A DNA stretch of 64,000 nt from Vagococcus sp. (GTDB taxonomy: Bacteria > Bacillota > Bacilli > Lactobacillales > Vagococcaceae): contig NZ_JBQEIL010000004.1 in assembly GCF_052102835.1 (NCBI RefSeq), forward strand, positions 7,003-71,002, given 5' to 3'. Both the position numbers and the translations under genes were made by a program. Position 1 is the stretch's first letter. Every line of letters begins with the position of its first letter. Below are positions 18,475 to 27,804 of this stretch, in pieces. Under the pieces are notes generated by a model. That model saw nothing but the letters and a program-made list of their open reading frames with translations. It did no database searches and was not told the DNA's origin.

Positions 18475-20244
18475 ATGAATACGATAAAAATAACAGAGGA
18501 TTTTATGATCAATGGTCAACCAGTAAAATTAGTTTCAGGAGCAGTTCATTATTTTAGAATTGTTGAAGATTATTGGTACGATTCATTAGAAAAATTGAAA
18601 GAAATGGGTTGTAATGCCGTTGAAACCTATGTTCCTTGGAATTTCCATGAGAAAGAGGAAGACGTGTTTGATTTTACGTCATATCAACATAATTTAGTGA
18701 AATTTGTAAAGTTGGCCGAAGAACTTGGTTTATATGTGATTGTGCGTCCATCTCCTTATATTTGTTCAGAATGGGAGTTTGGTGGGTTACCTTATTGGTT
18801 GTTAACCAAAGACTGTCGTATTCGTTCAAGTGATCCTAAATTTATGGCTTATGTCGAGCGTTATTTCGAGCAACTTTTACCATTACTGACTCCTTTACAA
18901 TGGACGAAAAAGGGACCCATTATATTATTCCAGTTAGAAAATGAATATGGGTCATACGGTAATGACAAAGAATATTTGGAAGCCCACTATGACTTGATGA
19001 GAAAATTAGGGGTTGAAGTTCCTATTTTTACTTCAGATGGTGCTTGGGAAGAGGCACTAGAAGCAGGATATTTACCAGGGAAAGATGTTTTCCCAACAGG
19101 TAATTTTGGCTCACGAGCAAAAGAAAATATCGCTAACTTGACTCAATTTATGGAGGATAAAGGAATTGTTGCTCCAAAGATGTGCATGGAGTTTTGGGAT
19201 GGCTGGTTTAATCGTTGGAACGAACCAGTGATTAAACGAAATCCATTAGAATTACGTGATGCTGTGAAAGAAATGTATGATTTAGGAAGTTTAAATCTTT
19301 ATATGTTCCAAGGAGGAACGAATTTTGGTTTTATGAATGGATGTTCAGCTCGCGGGACGTTAGATTTACATCAAGTAACCTCTTATGATTATGATGCTCC
19401 TTTGACTGAGTGGGGAGATGTGACTGAAAAATATAGTTTACTTAAAGAAGTTTTTACAGGATCAAATGAGATCACTGTTAAGAATCACCCTAAAAAAGCG
19501 TACGATACAGCTAAACATGTGGCGTCAGTTTCTTTATTTAATACTTTAGAGTCATTATCTAAGCCTATTTATAATAAGTGGCCTTTACCAATGGAAAAAC
19601 TAAATCAAGGGTATGGTTACATTCTCTATCGTGCGAATATCGGCAAAGCTCGTCAAGTTGATAAAGTACGTGTGATTGAAGCGAGTGATCGGGTGAAGAT
19701 TTATTTAAATGAAGAAGAAAAAATAACACAATTTAAAAAAGAAATTGGTACAGAGTTTACGTTGGATTTAGAAAAACCTCAAGACAACCAATTGGATATT
19801 TTAGTTGAAAATATGGGACGTGTGAACTATGGTTCTAAATTAATCGCACCGACTCAAAGCAAAGGGATTCGTAATGGGGTGATGCTTGATTTGCATTTCC
19901 ATTCAGATTGGGAGCATTTTAATTTGGACTTGGAAGATATTTCAGCTGTCGACTTTTCAAAAGAATATACGGCAGGACCCGGTTTCCATAAATTTGAACT
20001 TGAAGTTCTTGAAAAAGCAGATACGTTTATTGATTGTCGGGGCTTTGGTAAAGGTGTTATGTTTATTAATGGTTTTAATCTAGGTCGTTACTGGGAAGTG
20101 GGGCCAATCCATTCTTTATATGTACCAGCACCTCTATTAAAAGAAGGTACGAATGAAATTATTATTTTTGAAACAGAAGGAATTTCTCAAGAAGAATTAC
20201 ATTTTACGGAGTTGCCAATTATTACCAAAATAGAAGAAAGTTAA
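18475..20244 (+). CDS. GH35 beta-galactosidase (cytoplasmic; BgaC/GnbG-like)
   Basis: SGAVHYFR, ETYVPWN, PYICSEW, QLENEYG, MEFWDGWF, YMFQGGTNFG, TSYDYDAP; no signal peptide. Confidence 0.95.
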   Translation: MNTIKITEDFMINGQPVKLVSGAVHYFRIVEDYWYDSLEKLKEMGCNAVETYVPWNFHEKEEDVFDFTSYQHNLVKFVKLAEELGLYVIVRPSPYICSEWEFGGLPYWLLTKDCRIRSSDPKFMAYVERYFEQLLPLLTPLQWTKKGPIILFQLENEYGSYGNDKEYLEAHYDLMRKLGVEVPIFTSDGAWEEALEAGYLPGKDVFPTGNFGSRAKENIANLTQFMEDKGIVAPKMCMEFWDGWFNRWNEPVIKRNPLELRDAVKEMYDLGSLNLYMFQGGTNFGFMNGCSARGTLDLHQVTSYDYDAPLTEWGDVTEKYSLLKEVFTGSNEITVKNHPKKAYDTAKHVASVSLFNTLESLSKPIYNKWPLPMEKLNQGYGYILYRANIGKARQVDKVRVIEASDRVKIYLNEEEKITQFKKEIGTEFTLDLEKPQDNQLDILVENMGRVNYGSKLIAPTQSKGIRNGVMLDLHFHSDWEHFNLDLEDISAVDFSKEYTAGPGFHKFELEVLEKADTFIDCRGFGKGVMFINGFNLGRYWEVGPIHSLYVPAPLLKEGTNEIIIFETEGISQEELHFTELPIITKIEES

Positions 20245-20258
20245 AGGAGTTTTTAATA

Positions 20259-22259
20259 ATGAGTTATATGTATTCGCTGCGATATGCGCTAGCCTTAGGT
20301 CGAGATAATACCAAACGTTTAGCTGATTTGGCTTACTTTTGTGAACGGGCTAAGATTGATGATATTAACTTTTTTATCAATCATGAGGAAATTGGTCGTG
20401 GCCATCTTACTTTTGATGAAACACGAGAATGGTTAGAATTATCTGCTGAATTAAAAGAATTTTTAGCAGCAAGAGATATCACTTTTTCAATGAATCCAGG
20501 GATTACTTTAATGCATGGGGATCGCGGTCGTGTTTTAAATGGAACACTCGGTTTTGAAACGATGGTCGATGCAACGGGCTTAAAAGCAACAGCAGTGGCT
20601 TGTCCTTTTGATCCGAATTTTCAAGCTTACTTAGCAAAGACTTATGCAATGTATGCTGAAGTTGAACCTGATTATCTTTGGTTAGAAGATGATTTACGTC
20701 ATTTTAATCATAAACCAGTTCAATGGGGATGTTTCTGTGAAAAACATATGGCTGAATATCGTCAACGCTTAGGTAATGACAGTATTACTCGTGAAGAACT
20801 AGTTCGTGCGATTTTAAAACCAGGAAAACCAACAATTGAGCGTCTAGCCTATTTAGAGATTGCCAAACAAACCATGATTGATTTAGTGAGTAAGATTGAG
20901 CAGGCGGTTCATGGCGTTTCACCAAAAACAAAACTATCATTAATGACATCTCAACCAGATCAACACACAACAGAAGGTCGGGATTGGGACCGAATTTTTA
21001 AAGCTCTCTCAGGCAATCAACCATTCGTCGCTCGTCCTCATTTGCCATCTTACAATGAGGTAACACCGAAAGAATATAGCAAAGGTTTTAATAGTATCAG
21101 TCGAGTGACAGCTGATTTATTAAAAGATGAAGCAGAGCTGTTTCCTGAGTTAGAAAATTACATGTACTCACGCTATGCGAAATCAAATCATTTTTCTAAA
21201 TTTCAATTGATGACTTCGTTAATGCTACATCCAAAAGGAACAACGATGAACTTGTTCGATATGATGGGGACAGGGGTTGTTCATGAATATCATTTGCAAG
21301 AGATGTTGGCGGAGGTAAAACCTTATTTAAGCCAAGTTAATGCTCTTGATTTGAAAGTTTCAGAACAAAAAGGGATTCACGTTTTATATGCACCTAAAGC
21401 CTCTTATGTGGTTGAAACCAAAGAGGGATTAAAACGAGAAGAATTGATAGCTCATGATGATTCATGGCTAGAGTTATTAAGTTCATTTGGTTTCAGTGTT
21501 ATCCCAGCACAGTTTGATTTTTCGATAAAAAATCAATTTGTAGCCGTTTCAGGTCAGTATTTGCGTACTCTATCTGATGAGGAAGTGATTCATCTCTATC
21601 AAGAGAATTTTATATTAATGGATGGAGAATCTGCAAGTATTTTAGTTGAAAAAGAGTTAGGGCATCTTGTTGGAATCCAAGGACTTGAATGGAAAGAAGT
21701 CCGTTCAGGCAAACAATCGTATGAACAAGTCACTAATGGAAGAAGCTACTGTGGTGTAGAAGAAGCTCGAATGACCTTGATGCAAAAAACAGGAGACTTT
21801 GCAGATATTACTTATGACGAGCAAGATTTAACAGTCATTTCGCGAGCTTTTAATGAGTACGATAAAGAGGAAGGGATTGTTTGTGCCGGATCTAAAAATA
21901 GTTTTATTTTACCTTTAGCTTGGGATGAAAAAGATGGCTGGAACAGTCAATACATCAGCTTCAAAGAAGAAATGATTAGAGAAGTACTATTGGAGCAAGA
22001 AACAGCACAACGTTTGGTGGTCTCAACGATAGATATGCCATACGTTAATATGTTCCATTATGTTAAAGCGGGTAGGAGTTACTATATCATCGCTAACTTT
22101 TCTTCAGAAAACTATAATCAAATTACTTGTAAGTTAGATGAAACAACAGCGAAATTAAAGGAATATCATCTGACCGGTGAAAAAGAAATTCAGTTCCAGA
22201 ATCAAGTGATTGCCACTCCTTTAGCAGCCTTAGATATCAAAGTATTTGAAGTACTTTAA
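20259..22259 (+). CDS. Uncharacterised glycoside-hydrolase-like TIM-barrel protein (paralog 1)
   Basis: Shares motifs with 27805-29817 (HGDRGR, ACP, DDxRHFNH, GCFCExH, RPHLPSYNE, PELENYMYS); no signal peptide; function inferred from context. Confidence 0.6.
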   Translation: MSYMYSLRYALALGRDNTKRLADLAYFCERAKIDDINFFINHEEIGRGHLTFDETREWLELSAELKEFLAARDITFSMNPGITLMHGDRGRVLNGTLGFETMVDATGLKATAVACPFDPNFQAYLAKTYAMYAEVEPDYLWLEDDLRHFNHKPVQWGCFCEKHMAEYRQRLGNDSITREELVRAILKPGKPTIERLAYLEIAKQTMIDLVSKIEQAVHGVSPKTKLSLMTSQPDQHTTEGRDWDRIFKALSGNQPFVARPHLPSYNEVTPKEYSKGFNSISRVTADLLKDEAELFPELENYMYSRYAKSNHFSKFQLMTSLMLHPKGTTMNLFDMMGTGVVHEYHLQEMLAEVKPYLSQVNALDLKVSEQKGIHVLYAPKASYVVETKEGLKREELIAHDDSWLELLSSFGFSVIPAQFDFSIKNQFVAVSGQYLRTLSDEEVIHLYQENFILMDGESASILVEKELGHLVGIQGLEWKEVRSGKQSYEQVTNGRSYCGVEEARMTLMQKTGDFADITYDEQDLTVISRAFNEYDKEEGIVCAGSKNSFILPLAWDEKDGWNSQYISFKEEMIREVLLEQETAQRLVVSTIDMPYVNMFHYVKAGRSYYIIANFSSENYNQITCKLDETTAKLKEYHLTGEKEIQFQNQVIATPLAALDIKVFEVL

Positions 22260-22264
22260 TAGAT

Positions 22265-22310
22265 AAGAGCGTGAGGAAATGAAGACATTCATTCTCTTAC
22301 GCTCTTTTTT
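22265..22310. terminator. Bidirectional terminator
   Basis: AAGAGCGTGAG...CTCTTACGCTCTT followed by T run. Confidence 0.7.
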
Positions 22311-23193
22311 ATAAACTGGAGCGATATTTTTGACGGTATTCCTTAGGTGAAAGGTGCATATTTTTTTTGAAAGCTCGTGAAAAGTAGTAAGGATCGGTAA
22401 AACCAAGTTGATTACCAATTTCGTAAATTTTAAGATCACTCATTTTAAGATATTTACAAGCTTGTTCGATTTTTATTTCATTAAAGTATTCAATCGGGGA
22501 TTTATGCAAATATTTTTTATAAATGGAACTTAAATAACTTTGCGAGATGTTTAAATGATTCGCCATCTCTTGTAAGGTTAACGTTTTACTCAGATTTTTA
22601 TTGAGAAATTTAATGCTTTTAGCGAGGTAAAGATTTTGTTTATCTTGTTGAAGTTCATCTTTTAAAAAGATAATTTCAACGAGTAAAGTGTTTAAGAGTT
22701 GTACTGCACAGAGAGCTGTTTCAAAGTCATTGCTTTTTTCTGAGATGTCAAAAAGTTTAATAAAATCATCTTGAATCCAATGGTTTTTTTCTGGAGAGGA
22801 AATTTGAGTAAGTAAACGTCGCTCAAGCTGAAAAGTTTCGGGTACTTTAGTATCAAAATGCACCCAAAGAATCGACCAAGGGTTTGTTTCAGAACTATAA
22901 TAATAATGTCCCATGTTTTTGGGGATACAAAAAATATCGCCACGTTTTAATTGATAAGTGCCTGAGCCATTTAAGGATACAACTCCTTCACCATCTAAAC
23001 AAAAAATTAAAATAAAATCTGTTAAGTCATGATATCGTTCACGGTAGTGATACTTCGCTTTTGGATAGTAGCCCATCTCTTTAATGGTTGTTCCCTGTGT
23101 TAAGGGCAGTTGGTTAAGTTGTTCGGAGTAAGTATCTGAAACAATAATATGGCGTTCATCTTTAAAGCCATCTTTCTTTTTAATTGAGAGCAT
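22309..23193 (-). CDS. AraC family regulator (MsmR-like)
   Basis: GYYPKAKYHY, PWSILWVHF, C-terminal GFTDPYYFSRAFKK HTH. Confidence 0.9.
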   Translation of the reverse strand: MLSIKKKDGFKDERHIIVSDTYSEQLNQLPLTQGTTIKEMGYYPKAKYHYRERYHDLTDFILIFCLDGEGVVSLNGSGTYQLKRGDIFCIPKNMGHYYYSSETNPWSILWVHFDTKVPETFQLERRLLTQISSPEKNHWIQDDFIKLFDISEKSNDFETALCAVQLLNTLLVEIIFLKDELQQDKQNLYLAKSIKFLNKNLSKTLTLQEMANHLNISQSYLSSIYKKYLHKSPIEYFNEIKIEQACKYLKMSDLKIYEIGNQLGFTDPYYFSRAFKKNMHLSPKEYRQKYRSSL

Positions 23194-23235
23194 TTTTTCC
23201 CTCCTTTTAGGGTTATTTTAGCATGATAGTGCAAA

Positions 23236-23283
23236 ATAATCCATTAAAAGTGAAGATATCCTATGTTTATGTACCCGCTTTCG
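23236..23283 (+). promoter_or_regulatory. Candidate AraC direct repeats plus cre-like site
   Basis: ATAATCCATT (23236) and ATATCCTATGT (23256), 20-bp period; TGTACCCGCTTTCG at 23270. Confidence 0.45.
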
Positions 23284-23323
23284 TCTTAAGATAAGAGTAA
23301 CAAAACATTAGGGAGATGAGAAA

Positions 23324-26300
23324 ATGACAGGTCATGTTACGACAATTGAAAAAAAGATAACGATGCCAACTTATTTGACTGCTAAACCAGATAAGAATCC
23401 ATTGTTCTTTGAAAAAAGAGTTTATCAAGGAAGCAGTGGTAAAATTTATCCACATGCTATGACAGAGAAGATTTTAGATGAAAAAGTGGATGTGGACTAT
23501 CCTTCTGTAACCTTAGAAAACGATTATTTGAAAGTTGTTATTTTACCAACATTAGGTGGACGTATCCAACGAGCATACGATAAAACTAATGATTATGATT
23601 TTGTTTATTATAATCATGTAATTAAACCAGCTCTAGTCGGTTTGATTGGTCCTTGGATTTCAGGAGGAATTGAATTTAACTGGCCACAACACCACCGTCC
23701 GTCGACTTATATGCCAACAGAATATAAGATTGTTGAAAATGAAGATGGTAGTAAAACAGTTTGGGTAAGTGAAATTGATAAAATGTATGGAACAAAAGGG
23801 ATGGCAGGCTTTACACTTTATCCAGATAAAGCGTATATTGAAATTACTGGAAAAGTTAACAACTTAACCGATACTCCGCAAACTTTCTTATGGTGGGCGA
23901 ACCCGGCAGTACCTGCAAATGATCACACAGCATCAATTTTTCCGCCAGATGTTCATGCGGTAATGGACCATGGAAAACGTGCAGTTTCAGATTTTCCAAT
24001 TGCAACAGGAACGTATTACAAATATGATTATTCGGATGGAATTGATATTTCACGTTATAAAAATATAAAAGTTCCAACATCGTATATGGCTCATCACTCT
24101 GATTATGATTTTATTGGAAATTATGATGAAGAGAAAAAAGCTGGTTTACTTCATGTGGCCAACCACCATGTTTCACCAGGGAAAAAGCAATGGGTTTGGG
24201 GAAATAGCGACTTTGGTTTGGCTTGGGATCGTAATTTAACGGATTCAGATGGCCCTTATGTCGAGTTAATGACGGGAGTCTTTACAGATAATCAACCAGA
24301 CTTCACTTGGTTAAGACCTTTTGAAGAAAAGGAATTCCAACAATACTTCATGCCGTATAAAGGCGTTGGCCGTGTTAAAAATGCGACAATTGATGGCGCA
24401 GTTAATTTAGAAATTGAGGGTGAAGAGTTAGTTTATGCTTGCTATACAACGAGTAAACAAGCCAACTTAAGATTAATCATCACTCACTTGGATGACATTA
24501 TTTTAGAAGAAAAAATTGATTTAGATCCAGCGACTTATTATGAAGGTAAATTAACAAGTCCTCAATCTGAGATGAACTCAGATTTAAAAATTACTTTGGT
24601 TAATACTGATAATGAAATTATTGTTGAATATGTTGGCGTTAAAGAAAAAATTAATGAGTTACCAGATCCAGCTGAAGCTTTGCTAGAACCAGAAAAATTA
24701 AAAACAACAGAAGAGTTATTTTTAGCGGCAACTCATATTGAACAATATCGTCATGCCACCTTGAATGCTGTTGACTATTACTTAGAAGGGTTAAAACGTG
24801 ACCCAGAAGATATTCGCTTAAATAATGGGTATGGTTTACATTTATATAAACGTGGTTTGATTGCTGAAAGTTTAGAATATTTCAATCGTGCTGTGAAAAA
24901 ACAAACGTGGAAATCACCAAATCCATATTATGGCGAGCCTTTATTTAACCAAGGATTAGCGCAGTTACGTTTGGGACAAACAAATTTAGCGATTGACAGC
25001 TTTTTTAAAGCAACATGGAATGAAGATACACAATCATCTGCATTTTATCAATTAGCTACGATTTCAGCGCAACGAAAAAAATGGGATGAAGTTTTGAAAC
25101 AAGTCAAACAAAGTTTAATCCGTAATGCCCATCACTTGAAAGCCTTACAATTACGCTTAGCAACACAACGTCATTTAGAAAAAACCAATGATTTTGCATC
25201 TGTTTTAGACATTGATCCACTATACTTAGGTTTTCACTTTGAGCAGTTCTTACAAGACGAAACGTATGACTGGGAACGTGTGATGCGCGGCGAAATTAAC
25301 AACTATTTAGAACTTGCTTTAGATTATATCGCATGGGGAATGTATGAAGAAGCAGTTATTATTTTAAATCATGCACCACAAAGTAGTCCACTGACTCATT
25401 ATTATGCTGCTTTTGCTAAACGTCATCTAGGAGATGTTGAAGGAGCTAAGAATAGTGTTCGCTTGGGTGAAGCGGGTTCGACAGACTATTGTTTCCCGAA
25501 TAAATTAATGGAAATCCCGATTTTAAATACTGCGATTGATTTATTACCAAATGAATCAGGCTATGCTAAGTATTATTTAGGAAATCTTTTCTACGATAAA
25601 AAACGTTATGAAGAAGCGATTGAACTTTGGGAACAAGCAATAGAAGAGATATCAGAATTCCCAACAGTCTTTAGAAACTTATCAATGGCTTACTATAATC
25701 GCCAGGATGATTTAGCTAAAGCTAAAGAAATGATTAGCCGTGCCTTTGATTTAGATCCAACTGATGGACGTGTTTTATTAGAGAAAGATATTTTGGCACA
25801 AGTTAGTCAAGAATCTATTTCGTCTCGTTTAGTTGAATTAGAAAAACACTTAGAAACGACGAAAGATCGTGATGATTTATTTGTTACGTATCTCTCTTTA
25901 TTAAATAATCAAAAAGAATTTACCAAAGCATACGATTTGATGATGGCAAGACAGTTCCATCCATGGGAAGGTGGAGAAGGAAAAGTTTCTGGCCAATACA
26001 TGTTTAACTTAATCGAATGTGCGAGAGAATTAATGACGACTGAACCAGAAAAAGCAATTGACTTATTGAAACAATCTCAAGTTTATCCTGAAAACTTAGG
26101 TGAAGGAAAATTACCGAACGTTCAAGATAATTTATCAGATTACTATATTGCTAAAATTTACGAAGCACAAGGGAAAGTAGAGCGAGCTAAAGAATATTAT
26201 CAAAAAGCAGCTCTTGGTACGAGTGAGCCAGAAAGTGTTTTATATTATTATGATCAGCCAGCTGATTCAATTCTTTATCGAGGCTTAGCTCAAGAAAAAT

Positions 26301-26599
26301 TAGGAAATCAGAAAGACGCTCGAAAATGGTTCCATCAACTGATCCGTTATGGAGAAATCAATATCTTTGAAGAAGTAAGTTATGATTACTTTGCCGTTTC
26401 GATGCCTGAAACAGTGGTCTTTAAACGTGATTTAACTCAAGAAAATAAAACGTACTGTCGTTATTTGATGGCATTAGGAAATATTGGCTTGAAAAATTAT
26501 GAGAAGGCAACACAAATGTTAACAGACATTGTTAAAGAAGTGCCAGATCATCAGGGAGCACTAAGTCATTTATGGATGTTAGAATCTAAGACTTATTAG
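23324..26599 (+). CDS. yphG: DUF5107/TPR protein, YphG-like
   Basis: RVYQGSSG, LENDY, LGGR, IKPALVGL, GPWISGGIEFNWPQHHRP, DNQPDF motifs recalled from E. coli YphG; C-terminal TPR repeats. Confidence 0.8.
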   Translation: MTGHVTTIEKKITMPTYLTAKPDKNPLFFEKRVYQGSSGKIYPHAMTEKILDEKVDVDYPSVTLENDYLKVVILPTLGGRIQRAYDKTNDYDFVYYNHVIKPALVGLIGPWISGGIEFNWPQHHRPSTYMPTEYKIVENEDGSKTVWVSEIDKMYGTKGMAGFTLYPDKAYIEITGKVNNLTDTPQTFLWWANPAVPANDHTASIFPPDVHAVMDHGKRAVSDFPIATGTYYKYDYSDGIDISRYKNIKVPTSYMAHHSDYDFIGNYDEEKKAGLLHVANHHVSPGKKQWVWGNSDFGLAWDRNLTDSDGPYVELMTGVFTDNQPDFTWLRPFEEKEFQQYFMPYKGVGRVKNATIDGAVNLEIEGEELVYACYTTSKQANLRLIITHLDDIILEEKIDLDPATYYEGKLTSPQSEMNSDLKITLVNTDNEIIVEYVGVKEKINELPDPAEALLEPEKLKTTEELFLAATHIEQYRHATLNAVDYYLEGLKRDPEDIRLNNGYGLHLYKRGLIAESLEYFNRAVKKQTWKSPNPYYGEPLFNQGLAQLRLGQTNLAIDSFFKATWNEDTQSSAFYQLATISAQRKKWDEVLKQVKQSLIRNAHHLKALQLRLATQRHLEKTNDFASVLDIDPLYLGFHFEQFLQDETYDWERVMRGEINNYLELALDYIAWGMYEEAVIILNHAPQSSPLTHYYAAFAKRHLGDVEGAKNSVRLGEAGSTDYCFPNKLMEIPILNTAIDLLPNESGYAKYYLGNLFYDKKRYEEAIELWEQAIEEISEFPTVFRNLSMAYYNRQDDLAKAKEMISRAFDLDPTDGRVLLEKDILAQVSQESISSRLVELEKHLETTKDRDDLFVTYLSLLNNQKEFTKAYDLMMARQFHPWEGGEGKVSGQYMFNLIECARELMTTEPEKAIDLLKQSQVYPENLGEGKLPNVQDNLSDYYIAKIYEAQGKVERAKEYYQKAALGTSEPESVLYYYDQPADSILYRGLAQEKLGNQKDARKWFHQLIRYGEINIFEEVSYDYFAVSMPETVVFKRDLTQENKTYCRYLMALGNIGLKNYEKATQMLTDIVKEVPDHQGALSHLWMLESKTY

Positions 26600-26622
26600 G
26601 TTTTTAATTGATGATTGAAACG

Positions 26623-26658
26623 AGCAGAAAATCGTAACCTTCGATTTTCTGCTTTTTT
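26623..26658 (+). terminator. Intrinsic terminator between yphG-like and galM
   Basis: AGCAGAAAATCG...CGATTTTCTGCT followed by T run. Confidence 0.75.
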
Positions 26659-26680
26659 GTTAGTTAGGAGGGGAAGGTCA

Positions 26681-27676
26681 GTGTTAACAGTTAGTACCAA
26701 GGATGAGGAAATAACATCCGGAGAAAAATTAATTGAATATACAATACAAAACGAAAAATTCAAAGTTCGATTATTAAATTATGGGGCCACATTACGTGCA
26801 ATTGAACTCCCTAATGAAGCTGGTGTATTTGAAAATATTATCTTAGCACATGCTAATAATCAAGATTATCTTAAAGAACGTAGTTTTTTAGGGGCAAGTG
26901 TGGGACGTGTGGCAGGCCGAATAAAAAAAGGGGAATGGGGAACCGTTCAATTAGACCAAAATGAAGGAGTTAATCATCTTCATGGTGGAGATATCGGTTT
27001 TGATAATGTTTATTGGGAAGCAACTATTTCTCGAAAGAAAGAGAGTGTGACCGTTTCTTTTACACATTTCTTTGCCTCTGGGGTCGGAGGATATCCAGGT
27101 AATTTAAAAATGACAATTCATTATGTGATCTATGAAACAAAGGAACTTAAAATTATCTTTGAAGGGGTAACAGATCAAAAAACGTTATTAAACCCGACGA
27201 ATCATGCTTATTTTAATCTGAGTGGAGGAAAAGAACCAACGATTGCTTCACATGAGCTATTTTTGGCTAGTGATTTTTATCTTCCTTTAGAGGCAGATCA
27301 TTTACCAACGGGTGAAGTTTTGAAAAAAATAAAGCTTCTAGAACAAGCGGAGTTATTAGGAAATATTTTGAAATCTTCACATTTAGAAATTTATCAAGAA
27401 GATGGACTAAATCATGCTTTTCTTCTTAAAAAGGGAGTAAAACCTAGTGTTATACTGAGTCATACTCAAAGTAATCGGAAGCTAAAAATAACGACAAGTT
27501 ACCCAAGTGTGGTATGCTATACAGGTAATCATTTTAGTGACGATGATTTCGGTAAACATATTGCTATTGCTCTGGAATTTCAGAAAGTTCCTGATGTAGA
27601 CCATTTTGATTATTTGGGGAGTCATATTTTAAATAAAGAAACAAAGTATAGTGAATTCATTCACTATGTATTTTAG
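26681..27676 (+). CDS. galM: Aldose 1-epimerase (mutarotase)
   Basis: GASVGRVAGRI, NHLHGG, GYPG, NPTNHAYFNL, ALEFQ; start moved to GTG 26681 behind AGGAGG. Confidence 0.85.
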   Translation: MLTVSTKDEEITSGEKLIEYTIQNEKFKVRLLNYGATLRAIELPNEAGVFENIILAHANNQDYLKERSFLGASVGRVAGRIKKGEWGTVQLDQNEGVNHLHGGDIGFDNVYWEATISRKKESVTVSFTHFFASGVGGYPGNLKMTIHYVIYETKELKIIFEGVTDQKTLLNPTNHAYFNLSGGKEPTIASHELFLASDFYLPLEADHLPTGEVLKKIKLLEQAELLGNILKSSHLEIYQEDGLNHAFLLKKGVKPSVILSHTQSNRKLKITTSYPSVVCYTGNHFSDDDFGKHIAIALEFQKVPDVDHFDYLGSHILNKETKYSEFIHYVF

Positions 27677-27689
27677 GAAATAGTATAAG

Positions 27690-27740
27690 ATAATCCATGT
27701 TAGTTAGTAATAATCCATGTCGGAATTGTAAGCGCTGTAT
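27690..27740 (+). promoter_or_regulatory. Candidate AraC direct repeats plus cre-like site
   Basis: ATAATCCATGT exactly repeated at 27690 and 27710; TGTAAGCGCTGTAT at 27727-27740. Confidence 0.55.
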
Positions 27741-27804
27741 TATCCTTTACATATAGAGAGATTTCAATGTAAAGAAATGCTTACGGAATAAAGGAGGAAT
27801 AATA

